Source of the DNA: Oscillospiraceae bacterium
GTDB taxonomy: Bacteria; Bacillota; Clostridia; Oscillospirales; CAG-272
DNA length: 64,000 bases
NCBI GenBank assembly: GCA_015064255.1
Contig: SVSP01000001.1
Location: 203,951-267,950 of the forward strand
Direction: 5' to 3'
The notes under the pieces are model-generated. The model ran no database searches and was not told the DNA's origin. It saw only the letters and a list, made by a program, of their open reading frames with translations. Position numbers and translations under genes: made by a program. Of the stretch, positions 1 through 8,606 are shown one piece after another. How positions within the stretch are numbered: the stretch's first letter is position 1; every line of letters begins with the position of its first letter.

Positions 1-501
1 GATAAAGCGTGTAAGGCATATATATTCGCACTCGGAGTAAACGACGTGCTTAATCAGGGGCAACCCTTCGGAACCTTTGACGATATTTGCCTTGAAGATT
101 ACAGAAAAAATGCAAATACCTTTATAGGAAGATACGGCGAGATCGTGCAAAGACTCAAGGAAATATCTCCCGATGCGAAATTCTTCTTTATGACTATGCC
201 AGATGAAGACGTACCCGAACCGAGAAAAAGCAGAATGATAGAGCACCGCGAGGTTATTTATAAGATGGCTGAATTTTTCAGTAATTCCTACGTTATAGAC
301 CTTATGCAGTACGGCCCTAAATACGATGCTGAATTCAAGAAGAATTTCTATCTCGGCGGACACCTCAGCGCGTGCGGATATTTCCTTACCGCTAAAATGG
401 TAGCTTCCTATATTGACTACATAATTCGTCATAATATGGACGATTTCAGACAGATAGGCTTCGTCGGTACGCCGTTCAGAAATGCAAATTATAAATTCTG
501 A
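1..501 (+). CDS. SGNH/GDSL-family hydrolase, C-terminal part (5' end outside window)
   Basis: Frame 1 is open from base 1 (DKACKAYIFALGVNDV...), so ORF 46..501 is only the Met-bounded tail. The 'GVND' block and C-terminal 'GGHLSACGY' resemble SGNH blocks. Confidence 0.5.
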   Translation, partial: DKACKAYIFALGVNDVLNQGQPFGTFDDICLEDYRKNANTFIGRYGEIVQRLKEISPDAKFFFMTMPDEDVPEPRKSRMIEHREVIYKMAEFFSNSYVIDLMQYGPKYDAEFKKNFYLGGHLSACGYFLTAKMVASYIDYIIRHNMDDFRQIGFVGTPFRNANYKF

Positions 502-511
502 AATAAAAAAG

Positions 512-536
512 GCTTTTGATTTTTAAAATCAAAAGC
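512..536. terminator. AT-rich 12-bp-stem hairpin in a convergent intergenic region
   Basis: GCTTTTGATTTT-t-AAAATCAAAAGC is a perfect palindrome. The T-tract lies on the minus-strand side (rc of aaataaaaaagg). Confidence 0.5.
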
Positions 537-560
537 AGACTGAATACAAAATAATAAAAG

Positions 561-610
561 AAAAGCTTTCAGCCAAGGAAACGTCTTTGGTAAAAGCTTT
601 TTTTATTTTT
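561..610. terminator. Bidirectional intrinsic terminator
   Basis: AAAAGCTTT-cag-CCAAGG-aaacgt-CTTTGG-ta-AAAGCTTTT is followed by TTTTTTTATTTTT on the plus strand. A T-rich run also follows on the minus strand. Confidence 0.6.
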
Positions 611-617
611 ATATTGA

Positions 618-1937
618 TCACCAAATGCATTTATCCGGATTTTCGCTGATCACTCCGTCAGTTATCGTATATGTCAGACATCCTCGGAAGTTGGTGTCGA
701 GGAAAGGAGTGTTTTTGGATTTGCTCTTTACGTTCTTGCTCTGAAATATCGTGTCGTAGTCAAGAGATATAACGTTGAGATATGCCCTTTGTCCGACGGC
801 TATGTCATATCCGACGCCGATTATTTTTGCGGGAACGTCGGTAAACATAGAAATGAGTCGGAAAATATCGATATGCTCGTCCATAACAAGCCTATCAAGC
901 GCGAGCGTGAAAGCGGTCTGCAAGCCTGTTATTCCCGAAAGGGCGCTTGAAAGATCGTGAGGCTTTTCACTTTCTGTCCTCGGAGTATGGTCGGAGCATA
1001 TACAGTCTATCGTACCGTCACGTATAGCTTCGATTATTGCACTGATGTCCGCGCTTGTACGAAGAGGGGGCATAACCTTTGCGTTTTCGCTGTAAAAGAT
1101 TATATCGTTTTCGGAAAGTGTAAAATACTGCGGTGCAGTATCGCAGGTGACTCGAACCCCCGCCTTTTTTGCCTGTCTTATGATCTCTGCCGATTTTGCC
1201 GTGCTTATGTGGGAAATGTGTATCCGACAACCCGTCTGACTTGCGAGAAGAATGTTTTTCGCGACAGCGATCTCTTCGGCACACGAAGGAATACCGCCCA
1301 GTCCGAGCATAGAAGAAACAGATCCTTCATTCATAACTCGATCCTTGGTAAGCGATTTTTCTTCGCAGTGAAGAATAAAAAGATAATCCTTATTTGCGCA
1401 TGAGCGCATAGCTTCGAGCATAGAAGCGGTTTCTGCGCTTCCGTCATCTCCGAAGGCAGCCGCACCGCAAGCTGTCAGCTTGTCGAAATCTACAGTTTTT
1501 TGTGGTGAATTTCGCTGAGTCACGGGCGCACTCGGGAGTATTTTTACTCCGTTTGTGCGGATTTCGTTTTCAAGAATATAGGCGATTACCGTTTCCGGCG
1601 CAGCGTCTATTTCGACTATCGGGATTGAAACGATAGCTCCGAATCCGCCGGAGGAAGCCGCCTTTCCGAGTGTAGAAAGGTCTTCGCGGTATCTGTTACC
1701 CGGCTCGCAAATGTCGCAGCGCATATCTACAAACGACGGGCAGACTATCTGACCGTTAAGATTAAACGTGCGGATCATTACGTTTGGTCCGGACGGAAGA
1801 TCAATGTTATCTCCGATAGCGACGATCTCACTCGGAGCGTTTTCAGTACGTGTCCGTATTAGAATATCAGAGTCCCTGAAACGGGACGAACTTGTTTCTG
1901 CGATGCGTGCGTTTTGCAGGAAAATATAACGTTCCAT
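618..1937 (-). CDS. Dihydroorotase-like cyclic amidohydrolase with a degenerate HxH metal motif
   Basis: DHOase-type blocks are present: 'AFGDDG', 'HCEE', 'HISHIST', 'KVMPPLR', 'CSDHTP'. The N-terminal 'D-x-H-x-H-LREPG' position reads 'VDMRCDICEPG'. Confidence 0.6.
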   Translation of the reverse strand: MERYIFLQNARIAETSSSRFRDSDILIRTRTENAPSEIVAIGDNIDLPSGPNVMIRTFNLNGQIVCPSFVDMRCDICEPGNRYREDLSTLGKAASSGGFGAIVSIPIVEIDAAPETVIAYILENEIRTNGVKILPSAPVTQRNSPQKTVDFDKLTACGAAAFGDDGSAETASMLEAMRSCANKDYLFILHCEEKSLTKDRVMNEGSVSSMLGLGGIPSCAEEIAVAKNILLASQTGCRIHISHISTAKSAEIIRQAKKAGVRVTCDTAPQYFTLSENDIIFYSENAKVMPPLRTSADISAIIEAIRDGTIDCICSDHTPRTESEKPHDLSSALSGITGLQTAFTLALDRLVMDEHIDIFRLISMFTDVPAKIIGVGYDIAVGQRAYLNVISLDYDTIFQSKNVKSKSKNTPFLDTNFRGCLTYTITDGVISENPDKCIW

Positions 1938-1974
1938 CAGGGACTCCTTTCGTTTTGATACTGTATTTTATCTG

Positions 1975-2838
1975 TTATATGTTAGCAAGACGCTTGATGT
2001 TGCCTGCGCTTATTTCGATTGCACGGAGAGGATCTTCCATACCTTCAAATTCGAGCGCGAGATATCCGTCATATCCGTTTCTTGCAAGAGTTTCGATACA
2101 CTGTCTTACGCGCACTACGCCGTGACCGAGTATGGCACCGCGGAGATAGTTGCCCGAAAGTGTTTTGAACCAGCCTTCGCCGGGTGCGTCAAGAGAACCG
2201 TCACGGAAGTGGAAATCCTTAACGTGCGCGTGGAAAGCGTATGGCGCGAGAATTCCGACAGCCTGTGTCGATTCCTCATCTGCGCACATAAAGTTTCCGA
2301 TATCAACGAGCGCACCGAAATTCTTGTGTCCGACAGCGTTTATAAGTGCTTCAACGCGCGAGGACTGCTGAACGAAAAATCCGTGATTTTCAACGCAGGT
2401 CTTTATTCCGAGAGTTTCCGCATATTCCGTTACGCTTCTGTAAGATTCGGCGAGAATGGGGAGAAGATCGTTAAATCCGCGCTTTGTTTTTACGGAAGGC
2501 GGAAGTCCTCTCGTTGCGTCGTGACGCATAAACTCACATCCGAGCGAAGCCGCAACCTCGGCAAGGAATTTCACACGGTCAACCTCGCTTGAGGCACAGT
2601 TATTTACAAAATCCGAGCCCACACAGAAACAAGCGGCATCCATACCGAGCTCTTTGCAGAAATTGCCGATATCTGCGGCGTATTTCAGGTATTCACTGCG
2701 TGAAGCGGGATCACCGAATTCAACGAAATCAAGACCTGTGTAACCGAGTGATTTTGCCTTTTCAATACAACCCTTCATACCGAGAGAATCATCGGATCTG
2801 TATTTGTGAAAACTGTATAAGCTTACTCCTGCTTTCAT
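1975..2838 (-). CDS. Sugar phosphate isomerase/epimerase (xylose-isomerase-like TIM barrel)
   Basis: 287 aa, no signal peptide. The overall pattern (GLDFVEF..., ENHG, HVKD, ALEFEG) is typical of the AP-endonuclease-2/xylose-isomerase-like barrel family. Confidence 0.55.
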   Translation of the reverse strand: MKAGVSLYSFHKYRSDDSLGMKGCIEKAKSLGYTGLDFVEFGDPASRSEYLKYAADIGNFCKELGMDAACFCVGSDFVNNCASSEVDRVKFLAEVAASLGCEFMRHDATRGLPPSVKTKRGFNDLLPILAESYRSVTEYAETLGIKTCVENHGFFVQQSSRVEALINAVGHKNFGALVDIGNFMCADEESTQAVGILAPYAFHAHVKDFHFRDGSLDAPGEGWFKTLSGNYLRGAILGHGVVRVRQCIETLARNGYDGYLALEFEGMEDPLRAIEISAGNIKRLANI

Positions 2839-2871
2839 ATAAATAATTCCTTTCGATAAAATTGGTTTCTA

Positions 2872-3735
2872 TTACTTTTTAATTTCGAAATTTTCGATAG
2901 CTTCAACAGCCTGTTCGAGATAATCGTTTTCCATAAGCTCAAGAGCACCCTTGTCGCAAAGAGCCGCAAGACGGTGGTCGATCGGAATCTTTGCAAGTAC
3001 GGGAAGACCGTATTTTTCCGCGATCTCGTCAATGTGGCTTTCGCCGAAGGGATAAAGCTTCTTTCCGCAGTCGGGGCATTCCATATAGCTCATATTTTCA
3101 ACAAGACCGATGATCGGAATGTGCATCATTTCTGCCATTTCAACAGCCTTGGCAACGATCATGGAAACGAGCTCCTGAGGAGAAGCAACGATGATTATTC
3201 CCGAAATGGGAAGTGACTGGAATACTGTGAGGGGAACGTCGCCTGTTCCGGGAGGCATATCAACGTACATATAATCTACGTCGCCCCAGCATACGTCGGT
3301 CCAGAACTGCTTAACAGTTCCTGCGATAACGGGACCTCTCCAAAGAACGGGAGAAGTTTCGTTTTCGAGAAGAAGGTTTATACTCATTACTCTGATGCCT
3401 GTCTTGGTCTGGAGAGGGAACATTCCGTATTCGCAGCCTGTAACCTCACCCTTGACACCGAAGATCTTGGGAATGGAGGGACCTGTGATGTCGGCATCGA
3501 GAAGTGCCGCTGTGCTTCCGCGTCTTGAAGTCATAACAGAAAGCATAGAGGAAACGAGCGATTTACCGACACCGCCCTTTCCGCTTACAACAGCGATAAC
3601 CTTCTTTACGTTGCTGAGCTGGTTTTGTGATTCGATAAGACTTGCGGGGTCCTTTTTCGAAGGACAGTTAGCACCGCAGGTCGAGCAGTCGTGAGTGCAG
3701 TTTTCCTGACTTACATTTTTTTCATTGTCTGCCAT
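2872..3735 (-). CDS. Mrp/NBP35-family P-loop ATPase (Fe-S cluster carrier type)
   Basis: Deviant Walker A 'VSGKGGVGKS', N-terminal Cys cluster 'CTHDCSTCGANC' and C-terminal 'CPDCG'. The start is moved to the ATG at 3735, preceded by AAAGGA; the listed 3753 is a TTG. Confidence 0.8.
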   Translation of the reverse strand: MADNEKNVSQENCTHDCSTCGANCPSKKDPASLIESQNQLSNVKKVIAVVSGKGGVGKSLVSSMLSVMTSRRGSTAALLDADITGPSIPKIFGVKGEVTGCEYGMFPLQTKTGIRVMSINLLLENETSPVLWRGPVIAGTVKQFWTDVCWGDVDYMYVDMPPGTGDVPLTVFQSLPISGIIIVASPQELVSMIVAKAVEMAEMMHIPIIGLVENMSYMECPDCGKKLYPFGESHIDEIAEKYGLPVLAKIPIDHRLAALCDKGALELMENDYLEQAVEAIENFEIKK

Positions 3736-3977
3736 ATTTATATTTCCTTTCAAAAAGTTATGATATATTAGTTTATACTATATAGTATAGCACTAAAAAA
3801 ATATTTTTCAAGTATTAAAGAAAAATTTAACAAACGCGAAAAAACTATAGACTTTTTGAGAGTTTTGTTATATAATACAGACAAGAACTCTGCCGTGACT
3901 GAAAAAACGGTGTGTTGAAGCGTATAGTGCGTTATTTTGGAATTATTTGGCTGTTATAAAACAGTATGGAGGTATAT

Positions 3978-4334
3978 ATGAAAATAAAGGAAATGGCTGA
4001 ACTGCTCGGTGCAGAGGTCCTTTGCGGAGAAGATATGCTTGATAAAGAAGTGAAATCCGCATGCGGCTGTGATATGATGAGCGACGTGCTTGCTTTCGTT
4101 AAGGAACAGGCTGTGCTTATTACCGGACTTTGCAATCCTCAGGTGGTGCGTACCGCACAGATGATGGATATGGTTTGTATCGTGTTCGTCAGAGGAAAAA
4201 GACCGCCCGCAGAGGTTATTGAACTCGCAAAGGAAGAAGAAATCGTTGTTCTTGCAACGACCGAGAGAATGTACGTTGCCTGCGGAAAGCTCTATCAGAA
4301 CGGTCTGTCTGGAGGTAGTCTCGTAAATGGATGA
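3978..4334 (+). CDS. DRTGG-domain-like small protein (hydrogenase-associated)
   Basis: About 118 aa. Start chosen at ATG 3978, 5 nt after GGAGG. Similar in size and pattern to the second copy at 6204. Confidence 0.5.
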   Translation: MKIKEMAELLGAEVLCGEDMLDKEVKSACGCDMMSDVLAFVKEQAVLITGLCNPQVVRTAQMMDMVCIVFVRGKRPPAEVIELAKEEEIVVLATTERMYVACGKLYQNGLSGGSLVNG

Positions 4335-4749
4335 TTTCGTAAGACTTAAATATGATATAGACGGCGAGAACTTTACTTCGGCGGGAGAAGCATCAACGAT
4401 GGTGAAGAGAAATTTAAGACAGATGGGCTTTTCCCCCGAAACTATACGTAAAGTATCGGTCGCGATGTACGAGGGCGAAATAAATATGGTCATACACGCT
4501 AAGGGCGGTGTTGCTACCGTTGACGTTTATGACGATAAGATCGTTATCGTTCTCGCTGACGAAGGACCGGGTATTCCCGACGTTGCACTTGCAATGCAGG
4601 CGGGATATTCAACTGCACCCGAAAATATCCGTTCGCTCGGTTTCGGCGCAGGTATGGGACTTCCGAATATGAAAAAATATACCGACGAAATGAAGATAGA
4701 TACAGTCGTAGGTCAGGGTACAACCGTTACTATGACCGTTTACGTATGA
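4327..4749 (+). CDS. GHKL-type ATP-binding protein (anti-sigma-factor/serine-kinase-like)
   Basis: 'EGEINMVIHA' (N-box-like), 'DEGPGIPD' (G1) and 'GFGAGMGLPNM' (G2). Overlaps the upstream gene by 8 nt. Confidence 0.65.
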   Translation: MDDFVRLKYDIDGENFTSAGEASTMVKRNLRQMGFSPETIRKVSVAMYEGEINMVIHAKGGVATVDVYDDKIVIVLADEGPGIPDVALAMQAGYSTAPENIRSLGFGAGMGLPNMKKYTDEMKIDTVVGQGTTVTMTVYV

Positions 4750-4800
4750 GTTTTTGGACTGTGTCCGATTTTTAAATTTCAAGAGAAAGGAGCAGTTATT

Positions 4801-6189
4801 ATGGGCGAAAAAGATAAGAATACTGTCGGAAACGATAATATAAATACATATGGCGAAGTTATAAATCATTCGGTAACCCTCGATATAAGCAAATGTAAGG
4901 GCTGTACAAACTGTATAAAGCGATGTCCGACAGAAGCAATAAGAGTACGTGACAATCACGCACAGATAGAAAATGCAAGATGTATCGACTGCGGCGAATG
5001 TATAAGGACCTGCCCGTATAAGGCTAAAAAGGCTATATACGATAAATTCGAGGATTTTGAAAATTATAAATATAAGATAGCATTACCCGCGCCCGCACTT
5101 TACGGTCAGTTTGAAGAGCTTACTGATATGGATTATCTCCTTACCGCACTTGTGGAATGTGGCTTTGACGAGGTCTTTGAGGTTGCAAGAGCAGCCGAAA
5201 TAGCTTCGGAATATACAAGGAAATTCCTTGAGGAGAACGGTCCCGAGAGCTTCCCGAGACCTGTTATATCGTCGGCTTGTCCTGTGGTCGTGCGTCTTAT
5301 CGCTATAAGATACCCGTTGCTTCGCGAACAGGTGCTTCCTGTGTTTGCACCGATAGAAATAGCGGCAAGAATAGCGAAGAAAGAAGCACTTGAAAAACAT
5401 CCCGAGCTTAGTCCTGAGGATATTTGCGTTCTATTTATTTCTCCCTGTCCCGCAAAGGTCAGTTATGTAAAGAGCCCTCTCGGTACAAGCAGAAGCGCGG
5501 TTGACGGAGCACTTTCGATAAGCGATTTCTTCTTTAAGTTGCGTTCAAAAATAAATGCGATAAAAGAACCGTACGTCGATTCCAAATCGGGTATAATCGG
5601 TATAAGCTGGGCAAGTACGGGCGGAGAAGCGCGTGCGCTCTTCAATGATAAATATCTTGCGGCAGACGGAATAGAAAACGTTATCAAAGTACTTGACGAA
5701 ATTGATAACAGCAATATAAGAAACGTTGATTTTGTTGAGCTTAACGCGTGCAGCGGAGGTTGCGTTGGCGGTGTTCTCAATATAGAAAATCCGTATATTG
5801 CAAAGGCAAGACTTCAGACCCTCAGAAGATATTTGCCCGTTTCGATGAACAGAGATAATACGAGCAATATAAGCTATGATTGGGATGAAGAAATAAGCTA
5901 CGACAGCGTTTCAAAGCTTTCAAACGACAGACACGAGGCTATGCGTAAGATGCGCGAAATAGAGGAAATATCCGCAAAGCTTCCTCAGATAGATTGCGGT
6001 TCATGCGGAGCCCCGACATGCCGCGCACTTGCAGAGGATATCGTAAAGGGTAAAGCAAAGATGGAAAACTGCGTTATAGTTATGAGAAATAAGCTCGTTG
6101 AATTTTTTCGTAACCATAATGAAATAGATCCCGATGAGCTCGGCCTTGAAAATATCTTTGGGGATGCTTCGGATAAATCTAAAGAATAA
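4801..6189 (+). CDS. HydS-like [FeFe]-hydrogenase-related Fe-S protein (putative sensor)
   Basis: Two ferredoxin motifs (CKGCTNCIKRCP, CIDCGECIRTCP). H-cluster-like motifs 'SSACPVV', 'SPCPAKV' and 'ELNACSGGCVGG'. C-terminal 'CGSCGAPTCRALAEDIV' Fe-S motif. Confidence 0.65.
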   Translation: MGEKDKNTVGNDNINTYGEVINHSVTLDISKCKGCTNCIKRCPTEAIRVRDNHAQIENARCIDCGECIRTCPYKAKKAIYDKFEDFENYKYKIALPAPALYGQFEELTDMDYLLTALVECGFDEVFEVARAAEIASEYTRKFLEENGPESFPRPVISSACPVVVRLIAIRYPLLREQVLPVFAPIEIAARIAKKEALEKHPELSPEDICVLFISPCPAKVSYVKSPLGTSRSAVDGALSISDFFFKLRSKINAIKEPYVDSKSGIIGISWASTGGEARALFNDKYLAADGIENVIKVLDEIDNSNIRNVDFVELNACSGGCVGGVLNIENPYIAKARLQTLRRYLPVSMNRDNTSNISYDWDEEISYDSVSKLSNDRHEAMRKMREIEEISAKLPQIDCGSCGAPTCRALAEDIVKGKAKMENCVIVMRNKLVEFFRNHNEIDPDELGLENIFGDASDKSKE

Positions 6190-6203
6190 AAGGATAAATA
6201 AAA

Positions 6204-6530
6204 ATGACGGTAAAGGAACTTGCCGAAAGGCTTTCACTTAAAATACTGACAGCGCCCGATGATGCGAGAGAGGTCTGCGGATGTTATGCGGGCGACCTTC
6301 TCAGTTGGGTTATGGGCAGAGCACAGTCGGACGATGCTTGGATAACCATAATGACAAACGTCAATATCGTAGCGGTTGCAATGCTTGCTGATGTGAGCTG
6401 TGTGATTGTTGCCGAAAACGCGGAAATAGAAAATGACGTTGTGGAAAAAGCCGCGGAAAAGGGAATAAATCTGTATACAAGCGATAAAACGATATATCAG
6501 CTTTGCGCCGAGATTTCGAAAGTTATTTAA
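6204..6530 (+). CDS. DRTGG-domain-like small protein (second copy)
   Basis: 108 aa, RBS AAAGGA. Same architecture as 3978..4334. Confidence 0.5.
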   Translation: MTVKELAERLSLKILTAPDDAREVCGCYAGDLLSWVMGRAQSDDAWITIMTNVNIVAVAMLADVSCVIVAENAEIENDVVEKAAEKGINLYTSDKTIYQLCAEISKVI

Positions 6531-6548
6531 GAAAAGCTTTTGAAGATT

Positions 6549-6668
6549 GTTAAGAAACTTTTCACGAAAAGTTTCTTAACCGGGTGTTAGGGCAGAGCCC
6601 TGAGAAAACATCGTTTAAGAAAAGTTTTTGGAGATACTTAAGAACCTTTTTTCAAAAAGGTTCTTAAG
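6549..6668. repeat. Two perfect 15-bp-stem palindromes built from TTAAGAA(A/C)CTTTT words
   Basis: GTTAAGAAACTTTTC-ac-GAAAAGTTTCTTAAC (6549-6580) and CTTAAGAACCTTTTT-tc-AAAAAGGTTCTTAAG (6637-6668). A half-copy 'TTTAAGAAAAGTTTTTGG' lies at 6614-6631. Confidence 0.8.
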
Positions 6669-6682
6669 TAAAAAAACAAAAA

Positions 6683-7420
6683 ATGATTTTTTATGATTTT
6701 CATATACATTCGTGTCTGTCACCGTGCGCGGATGACGATATGACACCGCAGAATATAGCGGGAATGGGATTTATAAAAGGACTCGGTGCGATGGCACTTA
6801 CAGACCATAATAGCTGTAAGAACTGTCCTGCTTTCTTTAAGGCGTGTGAAAGCTTCGGAATAGTGCCGATAGCCGGTATGGAGCTTTCAACTGCAGAAGA
6901 CGTACATGTGGTCTGCCTGTTTCCGACACTTGAAAGCGCACTTGCCTTTGACAGTGAGCTTGATAAGCATAGAATGCCGATAGATAACCGTCCGGAAATT
7001 TTCGGAAATCAGCTTATTATGGATGAAAACGATGAAAACGTCGGAACTTTCGATAAGCTTCTTATAGCCGCTACCGACCTTTGGATGGGCGATGCGGTCG
7101 ATCTTGCACGGTCATTCGGCGCGATAGTCTATCCCGCTCATATAGACAGAACTTCAAACGGTATAATATCCGTGCTCGGCGATTTTCCGACAGATTACGA
7201 CTTTAAGTGTATGGAAATGGCGGACAGAAATAACTACGAAAAGTATGTTCAGACGTATCCTCAGATAAAAGATAACGCACTGCTCGTTTGTTCGGACGCG
7301 CATAGCCTCGGAAATATATCGGAGGCGGAAAATTCTCTCAATATTACTTGTGAAGATGCTCAAATTGACGCAAAGAGAGTCGAAATATTTAGTTATATTA
7401 ATAAAAGTGTAAAAAAATAA
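6683..7420 (+). CDS. PHP-domain (polymerase/histidinol-phosphatase-like) metal-dependent phosphoesterase
   Basis: N-terminal 'FYDFHIHSCLSPCADD' and 'ALTDHNS', later 'YPAHID' and 'CSDAHS'. Confidence 0.65.
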   Translation: MIFYDFHIHSCLSPCADDDMTPQNIAGMGFIKGLGAMALTDHNSCKNCPAFFKACESFGIVPIAGMELSTAEDVHVVCLFPTLESALAFDSELDKHRMPIDNRPEIFGNQLIMDENDENVGTFDKLLIAATDLWMGDAVDLARSFGAIVYPAHIDRTSNGIISVLGDFPTDYDFKCMEMADRNNYEKYVQTYPQIKDNALLVCSDAHSLGNISEAENSLNITCEDAQIDAKRVEIFSYINKSVKK

Positions 7421-7524
7421 TTAAGATTGATATTTTTTTGATAAAAGCTATTGAAAAAATAAAAAAACGAGAGTATAATAATACTAATCGTGATTTAAAA
7501 TACAGTCAGAAGGAGTATTCCAAA

Positions 7525-8019
7525 ATGAAAAAGAAATTAACCACAGTTACTTTTCACGGTACCAAGGAACAGGAAGAGCAGCTTCTTGCAATAATCGCTA
7601 AGCACCGTGATACCCCCGGAGCTTTGATGCCTGTTCTTCAGGAGGCTCAGGAAGTCTACGGATATCTTCCCGTAGAAGTACAGAAGATCATCGCTAAAGG
7701 CCTTGATGTTTCCTATGAAGAAGTATTCGGAGTAGCAACATTCTATTCTCAGTTCGCTCTTAATCCTAAGGGTGAAGTTGCAATAGCAGTTTGCCTCGGT
7801 ACAGCTTGCTATGTTAAGGGTAGCGCAAAGCTTCTTGAGAAGATCACAGAAGTTATCGGCGTTGAAGCAGGCGCAACATCTGCAGACGGTAAGTTCTCGG
7901 TAGAAGCAACACGTTGTATAGGTGCGTGCGGACTTGCCCCCGTTCTTACAATCAATAACGAAGTTTACGGAAGACTTGTTCCCGCAGATATGCCCGGAAT
8001 TCTTGAAAAGTACATGTAA
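7525..8019 (+). CDS. hydC: NuoE-like thioredoxin-fold [2Fe-2S] subunit of the NADH-dependent hydrogenase
   Basis: 'CLGTACYVKG...CIGACGLAP' four-Cys pattern. Start moved to ATG 7525, 9 nt after GAAGGAG; the listed 7438 is a TTG. Confidence 0.8.
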   Translation: MKKKLTTVTFHGTKEQEEQLLAIIAKHRDTPGALMPVLQEAQEVYGYLPVEVQKIIAKGLDVSYEEVFGVATFYSQFALNPKGEVAIAVCLGTACYVKGSAKLLEKITEVIGVEAGATSADGKFSVEATRCIGACGLAPVLTINNEVYGRLVPADMPGILEKYM

Positions 8020-8031
8020 TATGTACAACGT

Positions 8032-8574
8032 ATGAAAGAACTTTCGCTTAATATACTTGATATAACCAAAAATTCAACCGCGGCACGTGCGACCGATATT
8101 ACAATATCGCTCGTTACCGACGCAAAAGGGATTTTGACACTGACGATCTCCGATAACGGCTGCGGAATGGATGAAGAAACAATAAAGAGAGTTTCGGATC
8201 CGTTCTATACAACGAGAACGACGAGAAAGGTCGGACTCGGAATACCGCTGCTGAGACTTGCGGCAGAGCAGACGGGCGGAAATGTTAAAATAGAATCCAC
8301 AACGGATGAAAATTGCCACGGAACAAAGATCACTGCGACCTTTGATACCACGCATATAGATTTCTGTCCGGTGGGTGATATTGTTTCAAGTATATGTGTT
8401 TTGATTTCCGGAAATCCCGAAGTTGATTTCGTCTTCATTGACGAAACACCCGAAAGATGCGTAAGCCTTGATACAAAAGAGCTTCGCGCAGTTCTCGGTG
8501 ACGTTTCGCTTGCAGAATATGAGGTCATTAAGTGGATAGAGGAATATTTGAAAAGTCAGTATAACCAGGAATAA
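8032..8574 (+). CDS. Stand-alone HATPase_c (histidine-kinase-like ATPase) protein
   Basis: 'LNILDITKNS' (N box), 'DNGCGMDEE' (G1) and 'GLGIPLL' (G2). No DHp, sensor or TM region. Confidence 0.65.
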   Translation: MKELSLNILDITKNSTAARATDITISLVTDAKGILTLTISDNGCGMDEETIKRVSDPFYTTRTTRKVGLGIPLLRLAAEQTGGNVKIESTTDENCHGTKITATFDTTHIDFCPVGDIVSSICVLISGNPEVDFVFIDETPERCVSLDTKELRAVLGDVSLAEYEVIKWIEEYLKSQYNQE

Positions 8575-8606
8575 TATTTAAAAGTTATAATTATGGAGGA
8601 ACAGAT

